DNA of 64,000 nt from Eledone cirrhosa. Lineage: Eukaryota. Under the pieces are notes generated by a model that was not told the origin of the DNA, did no database searches, and saw nothing but the letters and a program-made list of their open reading frames with translations. A program made the position numbers and the translations under genes. Location of the stretch: the NCBI GenBank assembly GCA_964016885.1, contig OZ024741.1, positions 230,206,001-230,270,000 of the forward strand. Direction: 5' to 3'. Shown here in pieces: positions 1 through 15,655 of this stretch (its first letter is position 1; each line of letters opens with the position of its first letter).

Positions 1-228
1 CTGAATCTAGGTATATGGAATTTAGGTATATGAAAGTTGATCCTTAAATCCTAAGCTACAAAGAACTGCGATATCTGGTACCTTTAACAAATCTGTAAAA
101 GATTCTTACGATTCAAAGAATAAACGTTCATAAAAGAGATGAGGAAAATTTCCGTTTCTTTATAATCTTGCAACCGGGAAGTTAGCCGGACAGATATAAA
201 ATCAAAATTAAAAGAAATTGAGAACATG

Positions 229-325
229 CATGCATACACAGATACATACATACATGATACATACATACATACATACATACATACATACATACATACATAC
301 ATACATACATACATACATAATACAT
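229..325. repeat. (ACAT)n microsatellite
   Basis: Direct tetranucleotide run. Confidence 0.95.
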
Positions 326-932
326 GGTGGCTGACAACTCCTTTTCGAGTACGGCCACTACTTTATATCCATGTAGGAGAACCCATACCGATGGGCTGAA
401 CGAGTGTGACTTTTTAGTCCAGCCAGCGACTTGAAAACTCTGGTACAAACACTACACTTGTGACAATTATTGACACATAGTACTGGGCCCATGTTACCAT
501 GTGAGGACAAGTGCAGAGAGATCTCCAGATATAAAGCAATGCCTGTGCCATGAAGCTTTTATAGTGAGCAAAGGCACTGCACAAAGCCAGTCCCACTCTC
601 TTAACTAAGATGATCTTTACCAAAAATAAGAACAAGTCAACATCATTGGATACCATCAGGGTTGCAGGTGTTATATCAGAGTTTTCCTTCTCCTAGAATT
701 CTGCCTTGACAAAGGCTAAGGGGTCATCTCTCCCGGTGATTTTGGATGGCCATTGACTCTTAAGAGCTCCTTTGCCCTTTGACAGGTTTTGTTTTTAGTC
801 CTGCAGGATGTCCAAAGTCACCCTGCTCACCAAGAAACCTTGGTGGGGTTGCCAGTTTAGTCGCCAACGACCCGACCATGAGACAGGTTGTACTGGGATA
901 CATGTTACCAGTAGCACTAACTGATGACCTGA
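326..932 (-). mobile_element. Non-autonomous RTE-related retroelement carrying the RTE 5' UTR
   Basis: ~658-932 is nearly identical to 19053-19328, the 5' end of the full-length RTE. The remainder is non-coding and unrelated to the RTE ORF. Both ends abut ACAT/ATAATACAT repeats. Confidence 0.7.
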
Positions 933-1118
933 CATAATACATACACACATAATACATACACACATAATACATACACACATAATACATACACACATACATA
1001 CATACATGATACATAAATACATACATACATAATACATACATACATAATGATGATGGCTGCCCCCTCGTTACCGAGTATGGCCATTGCACGTGGAGAAAAA
1101 AAAAATTAATAAATAAAT

Positions 1119-1177
<59 letters not shown>

Positions 1178-1535
1178 GCACATACATATATATATATACA
1201 CACACATATATATATACATACACACATATACATTAATAACAATAATAATAATAATGATTTCATTTATTGGCCACAAGGGCCGACATATAGGGGACAATAC
1301 AAAAGAATGGGAAAGTGGGGTTTTACAGAAAAATCGAGTAAACAATATGAATAACAATAACAAAGTAACAATAACAAAGTAACAATAAAGTAACAAGAAA
1401 ATTACAACAAGAAAAAATTCCCCAATAAGGGGGATGACCACCTAGGGTTCGCTCAGGTACCCCACCAGTCCTGAACGACCCGACGCTTCGAGAGCACCCT
1501 GGAAGGGCACCTCTCTCCTCTTCAAATTTACCTAC

Positions 1536-4500
1536 CTACAGCCGCATGACCAGAGTAGGCCCACTCACACGGGCCATTCTCGCCACATTCACCCACCTTT
1601 CAGCAAATGTACTGGCGGGCAGCGCTTCTCTCTCCGCCCCCACCTTCCTTTCCAAGTGAAACTTGAAAAAGTTGATGAGGGATTGGCCGAAGAGAAAAGT
1701 GTCTGTCTTCAGTCCTTTCAACCTCGTCCACCATACAACCTCTTTTGCTACTGCCACCAGACAGAGGAAAATTGCCTGCCCTTCCTGGCCAAAAGAAGGC
1801 GACGGGTCGATCTTCACTATGGACTCGGCCGATAGCCGGATCCGTTCTACACACGACAACAGCTGTTCAACATAACTCCACAAGTCAGTAATGCACGGAC
1901 ACTGGACGAGTGCGTGCAGAACGGTTTCGTCGCTCTGCGCGCATCTAGGGCAGGTCCGTCTGACAGCACTTCCGTGCCAGTAGAGTTTATCTCGAACCGG
2001 CAGTGCCCCCCGGTAGCACTGTCAAGCGAGGGATTTTTGCAAATTATCCATCGTCCCCGGCTCGAAAGTCCTCCGGTACAGACTGGTTAGTTCGACTTCG
2101 TTGACTCCCAGAGCATCTCCGAGTGCGTCGTCGCACTTGCCCACCACTAATCCTCTATAGAACTCGAGAGTGGAAGTTACACTGACCGCATTGCCCGCCT
2201 GGTAGAGGGCAGTGAGTGCCTCGCAACATTCCAGATGCCAGTCACCCAGTCTCGGTCTCTTCTTGACCCAGGACTGCAACTCAGTCAAAGAAACGAACTG
2301 CGGAAAGGCCCGTCTTACAAACGGCGACCACACCTGTTCACCGTTTAGGCAGAATATCTGGATATGTCGCAGCCTCAGCGCGTGCCTGCGCATCATTAGC
2401 CACGGCATGCCCAGCCCTCCACGTAGAGGGTGCTGGCAGCAGATGGATCGCCTCACCAGCGGAACCTGACCCCTCCATAAGAATTTGAAGAGGAGCCGCT
2501 CCAAGATGGCGAAGCGCGAACGGGGGCAAAGGACGACAGGCAGACGGTAGTAGATGACGGACGCGATGTACGCGTTCGCCACCTCCGCCCGACCTTTAAG
2601 TGATAGCTTCATCCCAGCCCATTTCTGGGTGAGACTGACTACCCTGCCCGTCACCTCGTCCCAATTCTTATCCACCTGGAGGTCTGGCCCGAACCAAACC
2701 CCTAGCAACTTTAGCGGTCCGTCCGTCCAGCGCCTAACGACGCTGTTGGACGGCATGGACTTGCCTCTCCAGGTGCCGAGTTGCAAGCCCACTGACTTTT
2801 CCGGGTTAAGTTTTGCTCCCGTCAACCCTTCATATTCCTCCAATAAGTTGCCGACCACCTCGATTTCTGAGGTGTCCGACACCATCACGGTGATGTCGTC
2901 CGCATAAGCCGACACAGCCTTTCCGCGTCCCGGTTCGAGCGCGATGCCCTGCAACAGCTCCAGCTTCCGCAGTAAAGGCTCGAGAGTCAATACGTACAGA
3001 AGGGAGGAGACTGATCGGGAGACCTGAAACGGTTCCGAGAGGTGGCCATTAATTTTGACCATCGAGCAGGTGCCGCTGTCCATTGCAGCGATCCAGCTTC
3101 TGAAGACGGGGCCAAAGCCAGCCGCCTTGAGGACAGCCTCCAGGTACCGATGGTCGACCCTATCGAATGCTTTCGATTGATCTAAATTGATCAGAGCCCC
3201 ACCGAAGCCAGGTTTACACCCTACTCTCTCTATGATGTATCGCATTAGGTGGAGGCTGTCGTGTATGGACCTGGTTGGGATTGCGCAATTTGCGCCTCCC
3301 CAACCAAATACCCGACGACAAGCGCCAACCTCTTCGCTAACACCCTGGCCAAAATCTTAAACTCTGTGTTGAGCAGAGTTATGGGCCTTAAATTGTCTAA
3401 TGTGTCCCTCTTGTTCTCGTCTTTCCTCATCAGCGTCACTGCGCCCCGGCTCACAGAACTGGGAATACTCCCGTTTTGCTGCCAGTTGCAGTAGAGGGCT
3501 TCGAGGAGATTGGAGAACAAGTCTGGCATATTTACGTAAAGCTCGTAGGGAAGACCATCCAAACCATCTCTGACCCTCCACTTTCCCCGAACAACCGAGC
3601 AAAATGTTGGCGAAAGGCCTCACACATCCTCTTGGAATCGCTCAGCTCGTGCCCGTCTCGGTCCGTCAAAGACCTAATCGTGGTTTTATTACCACGCTGC
3701 GCCTCTGCCCATCGAACAGCTTTGGTTCCCTCGTTTCTCAGAGCACGCGCCTTAGCTCTGACAATGCAACCTTCGTGTTTCGCATTGAAGAAATAGTCTA
3801 ATGCCATTCTCGCCGCTAGCACATCAGTTGCAATGCCACTACCAATAGCCTTGTCTAATTTATCTACCAACTCCCCCTCCTTTCTATTTTTCTCTAATGC
3901 TACTTCTTTGCTAAACTCTATCGACATTACTCTAATCTCTCTTTTGAGAGCCCCCCACCATCTATTGTTGACGATTCCCCCTGTCAACTTTTTCTTAACT
4001 AAATTGTTGACCTGGTCCCTGTAAGCCTCACGTGCCGGAAATGACATGTTTAGCTTCCAGTAACCAGGTCCTAACCTACGCGTCTTATCTAGGTCGACCA
4101 TACAGATCACAAACTTGTGATCTGAATAGGTGACCTTTTCAAAACATGGACAGCTTACACTATTTCTGTCTACTTTCCTAATGAATATCCTGTCTATATA
4201 CGATCTAGATGACCCTATGCGGTTAGCCCAAGTCCACACTGGCGCATTAGGGAAATCTAGTCGGTACCTGTCAGGCAGTTGGAACTGGCTGATCAGGTTC
4301 TTGAGGCTTTTGCACCCCCCCCCCGCTCCTATCGGATACTCCCACACAGTCCCAGCGTGCGTCTAAGATGCTGTTCCAGTCCCCCGCTAACAGTAAAGGG
4401 CGAGACGTACCTAGAAAGGCTTCCAGGCGTCTTAAGAAGTCCGGCCGTCCTGTCCCAGTAGGAGCATAGACGGCCACCAGTCTAAAGGCACCACCTTCAT

Positions 4501-4798
4501 TATTGTTCACGTCCAGGACCACCAACTTCCCGTCCGGGTCCCGGAAGATCGACCTTACCTTGAGATCCAGGCCTTTCCTAAACAGCACTGCCACCCCGCC
4601 TCCCATTCCCGGCCGACTAACAGATGCAAAGATTTGATAGTCGTCGAAAATGGGGCTAGTGCGCGTGTCGGAAATCCTGGTCTCGCTGACTGAAATTACA
4701 TCCATTTCTATAGACCTGAGGTCGTTGAGCAGGTGACCCTGCTTCCAGGACGATCCCAGGCCTCGAACATTTAAACATCCTACTCTTAATACGGCCAT
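1536..4798 (-). pseudogene. Tx1 ORF2 (APE endonuclease, reverse transcriptase, zinc finger), frameshifted
   Basis: Motifs CLNVRGL, VSETR, LAGDWN, SYIDRI, YSDHK, RPITLLNTEFKILA, LDQSKAFDRVDH, AYADD, GGLG and CPRC..ETVLHALVQC are split over five ORF pieces. Frameshifts lie near 4320, 3550 and 3280, with a stop at 2022. Confidence 0.92.
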
Positions 4799-4829
4799 AT
4801 TGGCAGGTTAAACAGAGAGAGAGGAAGGT

Positions 4830-6560
4830 TTACTTACCTTCCGGGCTCTTGTGAAGGTCGGGTTGTTCGACCTCCATAGTTAGTGGGGTTTCTTTTGGGA
4901 ACCCCTTTAAAAGTTTTGAAGTGGGTTTTACGTTCGGGGTTCCCACGTCCCGAGGAAAGCTGTCTCGTATTTCTTTGAATATGTCGAGCGACATTCGCAC
5001 CAGAACCAAATCTTCCGGCACGCGAAATGTGCTTGATTTAAACATTTTCCCCTCTTTTTGTATATTTTCACTTCGTGCTACGAGGGCCATCAGTTCTTTG
5101 TTGGCCTTCCTGACGAGCACGAAGTTTTGTATGTTTTGTTGGTATGATTTTATTTGTTTGCGTGGGTGTGGTGGTGATGATTTTGGTGGTGTTGTTTCGG
5201 TTGTATCTGTGTTTGTTGTGAGTGCGGTGTCTGTGGTTTCAGATGTTTGTGTGTATATTTGTTCTTGCGTCTGTTTCGGTTGTTTGCGTTTGGGGTATTC
5301 TGGTGAAGGTGATGGTGGTGTTGATGTTGGTGTTATTGGAGAGATGTTTGTGTGGGTGGTGTCTGCGTTTTTTATTGTGGGTGCTTTTGTGCTTTGTTGA
5401 GTTTTTTTTTTATTTTTGTGTTTCCTTTTTTGTATTTTGGGGGATTTTGGATTTCCCTCATTTTCACTACTGGTAGATGAGGGGTCTGTGTCTGTAAGTG
5501 TGTCTGTTGGTATGTTTATGGTTTTATTGGTGTGTGTATTTTTGGGGAGAGGGGGAATTTGATAGCTTTCTTCGTTTCCCCCCTGGGTGGTCAATGTTGG
5601 TGGTGGTCTTTCTATTGGTGTTGTTGTTGGTGGTTTTGCCGGTGCTGGTGTTGGTTTTGGTCCTCGCCCCGGCGTCGGCAGCAGTGGAGCCTTTCGACCC
5701 CTTGCCTCTTTCAGCAGTTGAGGGCAGAAGGCTCGCAAATGGTTTTTTCCCCCACAAACAAAACACTGCGGCGTTTTGCCTTCGGTCATAATGTGAATGA
5801 CCGTCCCATTCTGAAGGCGGATGTGGTCCGGGATTGTCTTCACATTCTCGAGCCTGATCTGGAGAAGGATCCCCAGGTCAACCCCGGAGCAATCCTCTCT
5901 GGCCGTTCTGGTCACTTCTATAGGGACTGTATACGTCCCCTCCACTATCACACATGGCAGAAGCCACCACATGTCAAGTCCTGGTGGGATTCTGGGAATG
6001 CCGAGACGGGCCTTTCTTTTTCCCATGTGGGAGGGGTACATTATGACCTTGCTGGTTTTGCAAGGAGTCATAGCGTGTTTCATAGAGAGGGCTTCTGACT
6101 TGAACAACACCGAAATGGTGCCGCACTGTCTGTCCCTCTCTATGTATTGGGTGTCGTCTCTGATGCACCTCAGCGCGACTTCGACATTTTCTTGTGGGAT
6201 TAATGCTGCCCTTTTGGTTTGTGCTGAGATGCATCTATAATGCACCGTTTTGCGCTCCACTGCCTCAATAGCTTCTACCGGGATAGTTAAGTTGGCCCAA
6301 GTTTGCTCTTGCTTGATGAGCTTCCATGCCTGGGCCAACTTTTCATCTTTGTTTGAGAGGTCCATGTTGAAGCATGGCCTCTTTTTTGCTGCTGCCGCAG
6401 CGAAAGTTTTCTTCAAGTTTTCGTTGGGGGTTTTGTTGTCGTTGTTCTTGTTGGTGTTGTTGTTAGCACTGTCGCTGTTATCATTGTTGTCTTTGTTGCC
6501 ACCGTTGTTCTCGGTGCAGTTGGTATTGTTGTTGTTGGTGTTGTCGCTATTTGTTTTCAT
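4830..6560 (-). CDS. LINE ORF1 gag-like nucleic-acid-binding protein (N-terminus may be frameshifted further upstream)
   Basis: 576 aa ORF containing CFVCGGKNHLRAFC (CX2CX4HX4C), a Pro/Thr-rich linker and an Asn-rich N-terminus. It ends 31 nt before the ORF2 ATG. Confidence 0.85.
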   Translation of the reverse strand: MKTNSDNTNNNNTNCTENNGGNKDNNDNSDSANNNTNKNNDNKTPNENLKKTFAAAAAKKRPCFNMDLSNKDEKLAQAWKLIKQEQTWANLTIPVEAIEAVERKTVHYRCISAQTKRAALIPQENVEVALRCIRDDTQYIERDRQCGTISVLFKSEALSMKHAMTPCKTSKVIMYPSHMGKRKARLGIPRIPPGLDMWWLLPCVIVEGTYTVPIEVTRTAREDCSGVDLGILLQIRLENVKTIPDHIRLQNGTVIHIMTEGKTPQCFVCGGKNHLRAFCPQLLKEARGRKAPLLPTPGRGPKPTPAPAKPPTTTPIERPPPTLTTQGGNEESYQIPPLPKNTHTNKTINIPTDTLTDTDPSSTSSENEGNPKSPKIQKRKHKNKKKTQQSTKAPTIKNADTTHTNISPITPTSTPPSPSPEYPKRKQPKQTQEQIYTQTSETTDTALTTNTDTTETTPPKSSPPHPRKQIKSYQQNIQNFVLVRKANKELMALVARSENIQKEGKMFKSSTFRVPEDLVLVRMSLDIFKEIRDSFPRDVGTPNVKPTSKLLKGFPKETPLTMEVEQPDLHKSPEGK

Positions 6561-7092
6561 GTTAGTGGTGTTGATATTGTTGTTGTATTTGTTTTTGTTT
6601 TTTTTGTTATCTGTATTTTCGTTGTCGCTGTTACTGTCATTTTTTTCAAAATTAGTGTTTTTATTGGTATCATTGGTGTCTTTGTTTACCTTGTTTGTGG
6701 TGGTGTTTGTGTTATCAATGTGTGTTAATTTCGTTGTAGCGCTCCTCTCAACTTCTACGTCGTTGTCGCACGACAGCTGACATACCGCTGGGGGGCGTGG
6801 GGGCGTGGCTCAGCCATGTTTTTTTTATCTTCGTAAATTTTTTAACATGTAAAAAAAAATTCAAATATTTGGGCCCAAAAGCCCAAATATTATACTTTCC
6901 CCTTCACGGGGCAAACTATAAGGGCTTATATCCCTTACACAACAAGAAATATTTAACAACAAATAATTTTAACAGGCAAATAAAGCGACTTACTGTGAGC
7001 GAGCAAACTACGTCCGCTTAGACCAATAATAATAATAATAATAACAACAATAATAATAACGATTTCATTTATTAGCCACAAGGGCCGACATA

Positions 7093-7758
7093 ATACATAA
7101 TACATACATACATAATACATACATAATACATACATAATTCATAATACATACATACATAGACAAACATAGATACACACATCCATCCATTCATTTATCTATC
7201 CATCCATCCATACATACATATACATACATAAATTCATACATATATACATATTTATACACATATATACATTCATACATACATATTTATATACATATATGCA
7301 TGTACACAAACATATAGACGTCCATGCATACATATTTACACAAACATACATATATTCATGCATACTCACATATATACATACGTACAAACAGACGTTCATG
7401 CACACACACACATATGTATATATCGATCCATACATACATCACATACATACATAATTACATCATACATATATACATACATACATTATATACATTCATTCAT
7501 ACATTCATACATACGTACATACATACATACATAACATACATACATATATACATTGCATTCATACTTTACATACATACATACATTACATACATACATTACA
7601 TACATACACACATACATTCATTACATACATGCATTCATATATTACATACATAGATTATATACATACATACATACATTACATACATACATTACATACATAA
7701 CATAACATACATACATTACATTCATACATTACATACGTACATACTTTACGTACATACA

Positions 7759-7789
<31 letters not shown>

Positions 7790-7848
7790 CATACATACAT
7801 ACATACATACATACATACGTACATTACAGACATGCATGCATACATACA

Positions 7849-7879
<31 letters not shown>

Positions 7880-8160
7880 CATACATACATACATACATAC
7901 ATACATACATACATCAAATACATACATATATATATATATATATACATTACATAAATACATACATACTTACATACATACATACTTTACATACACACATATA
8001 TACATACATATTACATCCATATATTCATAGATATATACATACTTACATACATATATACATACATACATACATACATACTTTAATACATACATACATGTAA
8101 TACATACATACATACATACATACATGTAATACATACATACATACATGTAATACATATACA

Positions 8161-8191
<31 letters not shown>

Positions 8192-8216
8192 CATACATAC
8201 ATACATACATACATGC
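7093..8216. repeat. Degenerate (ACAT)n/(AT)n microsatellite field
   Basis: Direct. Confidence 0.95.
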
Positions 8217-8299
8217 ATAAATGCTGAATTGATTTACATGTCCCGAGAGAGATCTAAGTTAAAATGGAGTCCATTTTTTCGTAATTTTATGGAGGAGTC

Positions 8300-10260
<1,961 letters not shown>

Positions 10261-10955
10261 TCTATGCGACGTGCGCGTGTACAGGGGGGGGGGGGGGGAG
10301 CGCGGTGCCAGGGATATTTTTTTTCTTTTTGTCTTTGGTGGTAGTGGTGATAGTGTTGGTGGAAATGGAAGTAATTTTAGTGTTACTGCCATTTTCGATG
10401 CTGTTGCTGCAGACGATAATGGCGATGATGATGATTATGACAATGCCGGCAACGACGATGATGTTGGTGATAAGGGTAACAATAGTATCGCTTTCAGAAG
10501 TGGTGGTTTTGCTGCAGAAAATGTTAAACTTGTCATTTTCATGGTGGTGGTTGGGTTGGGGGTGTGGGGTGGGGTGGGGGGCAATGTCTCATGCATGGTG
10601 CAACTGCTGCTGATGCTAATACTGATGCTGATGATGATGACGGTGTATTGTGTTGGTCATAGATTTTTGTATTTTGTTATTGTTGCTGATGATGTCGTTG
10701 TTTTTGGTGTCAATGAATGATGTATTTACGGTGAATATCATAGGGGTTAAATTCCTCTTCCCGAGAATACCAACCTCTTCTCCTTCCCTTTTCCCCCGGA
10801 AATAAAACGCCATTCATGATGTTTTACTCTATACAAACTGATAACTAATTTTAACTCTTACAGCATTTTGATAATTATTTAATGGGAATAAATTTTTATT
10901 TAATAATTACAATAATGATAATAATATTTTCTTTATCAGCCAAGCAGGGTTTCCG

Positions 10956-12984
10956 TTAAGAAAACATTAAAAACGACTCGGGATGGTACAATGATTGTTT
11001 TTTTTTTCCGAGTAGAAAAACAACAAACATCAAAACACTCCCAACAGAAACACATATCCCAAGTCGCAGGCTTAGCAGCCTTTTTTCCTGGTTGATATTT
11101 GCTCCTATTATCACTTCCTGTTTGCTGAGAGCATTGTCAATCGACTCAATATGTTTGCTGCTCGGCACTACTATGGTGATATCATTGGCATATGCTGACA
11201 AGGATCTCCTACATCCTAGTTCCCACAGGATATCTCTGAAAGTCTCCAAATCTGTGGCTCCAAACGAACCCATGATGTTGAACGGTTCCACCAGAGGCCG
11301 TTAACTCTTACCATAGTGTAAATGTCGCTGTGTATTGTAGCGATCCATCCTCTGAAGACAAAAACAAAGCTAGCTGCTTTCTGTAGTGCAACTATATATC
11401 GATGGTTGGCCCTGTTGAAAGCTTTCGATTGATCTAAGTTGAATAGGGCCCATGCGTACCAGGTTCCTTCAACATTATCTTTATGGTGTATCGCATGTGG
11501 TGAAGGTTGTCGTGGATGAATCTTTCCAGAATCATGCATGTTTGCGCCTTCCCTATCAGATCATCATCGACTAGGGCCAACCTCGTCGCTAACAATTTGG
11601 CCAAAATTTTAAACTGGGTTTTACTGTGTTATCGCCTAAAATTACCTATATGGTCCTCTTTGTTCAGGTCCTTTCTCAGCAATACCAACACCTGAGAGCC
11701 GCTGAAAGCCGACATGGTTAGCACTAAAGTCCATCTCGTGATCCGGCCCAGAACCAGCTGAAAAGCCGCGCACATCTTCTTGGGATCGAGTAACATGCAT
11801 CTGTTGTATTCTACCAATAACCGGTTTGCGGCTTTGTTGCCACACCAGCCTCGGCCACTAGAGCTCAACGAACGGCATTCGTCTCCATATGTCTGAGACA
11901 TGCGTCCTAACTCTGACAACACAACCTTCATGCTTTGCATTGAATAATTAATCGATAGCCGATCTTGCCGTAAGCACGTCGGTTGCATTGACTTTCTTAA
12001 CATTCTCTTCTAGCGTTCTAACTAAGTCACTCTCTAGTCTAGTTTTCTCTATCAACATTCCTTTATTTAACCTCATCAATTCTGCACTAATTACCGTTTT
12101 CCGGGCAAACCAATATTTGTTGTTGACGGCTGCCCCCGCCAACGCCTGCTTAGCTAACTCATTAATCGGGTATCTGTAGGATTTGCGGGTCGGAATGAAA
12201 GCGTTCAGCTTCCAGTAATCGGGTCCGTCTCTATGAAGCCTATCTAAATCAATTATACAGATCACAAATGTTTGGCCTATGTAGTTGATTACTTTGAAAT
12301 TTGAACAGCCTATACTAACCTTATCTATCTAGATACAATCTGGATGAACAGACGCGGTGTGATCATGTCTACATTGACACTTTGGGAAATTCAGTCTATA
12401 TCTATCAGACAGTTAGAAACGTCTGAGCAGGTTTGCGAGGCTTTTACACCTTCCTTCACTATTTGCTAGTCAAACACAATCCTAACGTTCGTCTAAGGAC
12501 CTTTTCGGTCGTTTCTTAGCACGAAAGAGCGGGAAGTTCCTAGAAAGTTGTCCAGGCGCACGAAGAAATCATGTCATCCTGCCACTGTAGGGGCATAGAC
12601 GGCATCTAGCTAGAAGGCATGACTTCCGTACTGGTTCCATCTTGCACCAACGACTTACATTCTGGGTCTAGGAAGATGGACCGTAGCGTAAGATACACGC
12701 CTTTCCTGAAAGACAACGATTCTACTTTCAAATCCACGAAAGCCTGGAGATGCGTGCACCTCGTGGCCGCCGAAAATTGAGGTGAAGGTTCGTGCCTCGG
12801 CAATTCTGGTTTTTCTGAAGGCTACCACATCTATGTTTTGTGGCCTGAAATCTCTGAGCAAGTGGCCCTGCTTCAAAGACGAAGCGTTTTTACTGCCTAT
12901 CCAGAGTGAAACCAGGCGTGAAAAAGAGGAAGAGTGGGCAGGTTCATTTCCTCTATTCTTATGAATAAAGGACGGTTGATCCAC
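10956..12984 (-). pseudogene. Decayed Tx1-clade ORF2 (APE-RT), relative of the element at 1.2-7 kb
   Basis: KQGHLLRD, GPDYWKLN, NLDQSKAFNRANHRY and SAYANDITI are colinear with the first Tx1 ORF2. Many stops and indels. Confidence 0.85.
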
Positions 12985-13419
12985 TCTTTTTGGTATTTAT
13001 GGGCTCCCCCGCAAGTATATGACCGTAAATCCGATTGGAAATTGACCCCGTGAAGTCCCCAAAAGCATTGAGGAACTTTTATTTCATAGAGGGCATGTTT
13101 GGTGTGCGATTTGTATTATTTTTATATATGCGAGTAGTGCGTTTTTTTGGAAGGTGTTGTAGTCGGTTTCCTTAATCGTGGTGTTGAGCTTTATGTGGTA
13201 TATTAGTTTCTTTAGTTTGTGTTTATGACCATGTACATTATGTGGTTTGTTTCTTTTTGTTGGTTTTTTGTTTGTTATTGTTGCAGAAACCAGGTTTAAA
13301 CCTGGCTTTAATACAATGTATCACAAGAGGTGGATGTTGCTGTGTCAGAATCACATGTCAACGTTAAGCAGGTTAACCGAAATTTTATACCTTGAGTTAA
13401 GCATATTAATGAATACGAT

Positions 13420-13770
13420 CGCGAATACAAGCGGCCAAAATGTGGTTCCTCCGAAGGGTCTTTGGAGTAAAGTTACTCGATAGAGTGCGTAGTTCGAAGA
13501 ACAGAGAGTCACTTCGAGTAGAGCCGCTACTTCCCGATATTATGAGCATGTGGTTAGAATGTCTTAGAAAAGAATCTCCGGACAGATTTTACGGGGCAAG
13601 CCAACCGGCAGGAGACCAGGGTGTAGATCCTGAGCAAGATGGCTGGATAACAGCCATGACCTTGGCTGGTCTCGCTTGAGGGATCCAGTTGGATCAGTTA
13701 GAGACGGTTGTGTCTGACAGGTCCCGCTGGAAGGAGTGTTTGAGGACTCTTCCTCCACGACACTACCAGG
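13420..13770 (+). mobile_element. RTE (Rex3/Expander-like) 3' fragment
   Basis: MWFLRRVFGVKLLDRVRSSKNRESLRVEPLL ... LETVVSDRSRWKECLRTLPPR resembles the Rex3/Expander C-terminus. Confidence 0.75.
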
Positions 13771-14016
13771 AATTAGTGAGCGAAGAAGACCTTGCATTGC
13801 AAACACTCCTTTCATCTGCTGTCGACAGGAGATTGCAACAACTCCAGTGGCTACCGAGATATGTATCTCCTTCTGGTGTGCCAAAGAACATCTATGCAAC
13901 CAGGATGTCCTGGTTCTTTTGAATCACATGATAGAACGCTCCCTTCTCATTAGAATCCATGCAGCCATCAGCCAGACAGAATGATCGACAGGCAGACAAA
14001 CGACAAACGACAAACA

Positions 14017-14238
<222 letters not shown>

Positions 14239-15287
14239 CGCATATTCATAAATTATAAATCCAAGCCATTTTTCTATTCTACACTTTATTTCTAAAGGTC
14301 AGTGTAAAAATAAATGTGTTACTTGCCATCTGATACAAAGACACTAATGTAGATTTTAACTCACGGTTTATAAATTTCTATCTCTCATAGCGACAGAAAA
14401 AGCGGGCCTCTTACAGCGGACCAGTCACAGTGAAGCAGCGAGTGTCAAGCGGTTAAGAATATAGCCTACCATCCCATATAAACTACCATACACATACAGA
14501 TATATAAGCACACATTGTCCTGCCATTAAAAAAAAAAAACGGGTTTAAGTGGTTAAGTATAAATATATCTATATATAAATGTCTACACACTTATATATAT
14601 ATATTAGTACACACATATACTCGAATTCGTTATTCCAATATGTGATCGAGTGCCGTGTTAGACGCATCAGTCAAATCTTCATTAAAACACATGTAAGTTC
14701 TTAAATAGGTGATAAGTATGCTCATTCAATCTGAGGTAGATTACAAATATTGGGAGGCACTTTAAAGTATAATACAGCTGAGGCAATTAATTACAAACCT
14801 TAGATTCCTCGGGTCATGTAGACTTGCATTAGATACATGCTTATTGTATATTGCTTGTAATAGTCTTATCTAGAGAAAGTTCTTATTGAGCAGTCCCAAT
14901 ATCAAATACAATTCATTTATCTTTCGAAAGAAGCAACTATTGCAAATTTACGTTGTGTTTATAGTATTATGTATCTATAGATATTCAGTCAAACGTCCAT
15001 CAATGTGTATGTTCAGACAACATGTTAATTTTCATTATTGATTAATCTTATAACGTTTAAGAGTGTATTTGTAGCGGAGTGCCTGTAGTTATAAGTATCT
15101 CGGCATTTATAGGTAAGTATCTCTACCATTGCGCAGTTTAAGGAATGTAGGTACAGTGATTATACAACGATTTTGAAGCAACAAAAGAAAAGACAATGGC
15201 AAAAAACAAAAACAAAAAAACAACAAAAAAACAATTACAATTAAAACAGATATAATACTATTGTGTAGGAAAATGTTAATGAAGAAA

Positions 15288-15655
15288 TAATTGTTTCTAC
15301 TTTAGGCACAAGGCCAGCAATTACCCAGTACATTACGGGTACTTTATTTTATCGACCCCGAAAGGCAAAGTCAACCTCGGCGGGATTTGAACTCAGATCG
15401 TAAAGGGACGTAACTATGCTGGAAAGCATGGCGTCTGACCCTCTACCGTACTGCCAATCCAAAGAAATAATTGTTTCTACTATTGGCACAAGGCCAGAAA
15501 TTACCCAGTACATTACTGGTACTTTATTTTATCGACCCCGTAAGGATGAAAGGCAAAGTTAACCTCGGCAGGATTTGAACTCAGAATGGCAAGGGCCGTA
15601 ACTATGCGCCAAAGCATGGCGTCCGACCCTCTACCGATACTGCCAATCGACCGCC
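15288..15655 (-). mobile_element. Two tandem tRNA-derived SINE copies
   Basis: Minus strand shows an A box (TGGCAGTATCGG), a B box (GAGTTCAAATCC), a central TTTGCCTTTCATCCTTACGGGGTCGATAAAATAAAGTACC that resembles the Meta-SINE domain from memory, and an ATT tail. Confidence 0.9.

Larger units (their letters stand above)
1235..7024 (-). mobile_element. Near full-length Tx1/L1-clade non-LTR retrotransposon
   Basis: ORF1 with a CCHC knuckle, then ORF2 with APE, RT and a C-terminal zinc finger. T-rich 3' UTR, AATAAA at 1263-1268 (minus) and a (TTA)n tail. Confidence 0.92.

Noticed and set aside
6250-6780. Leu-rich hydrophobic ORF resembling a membrane protein
   Set aside because: It is the antisense shadow of the AAC-rich ORF1 N-terminus.
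14440-14560. piggyBac-like GGTTAA ends
   Set aside because: No matching opposite terminus or transposase remnant was found.
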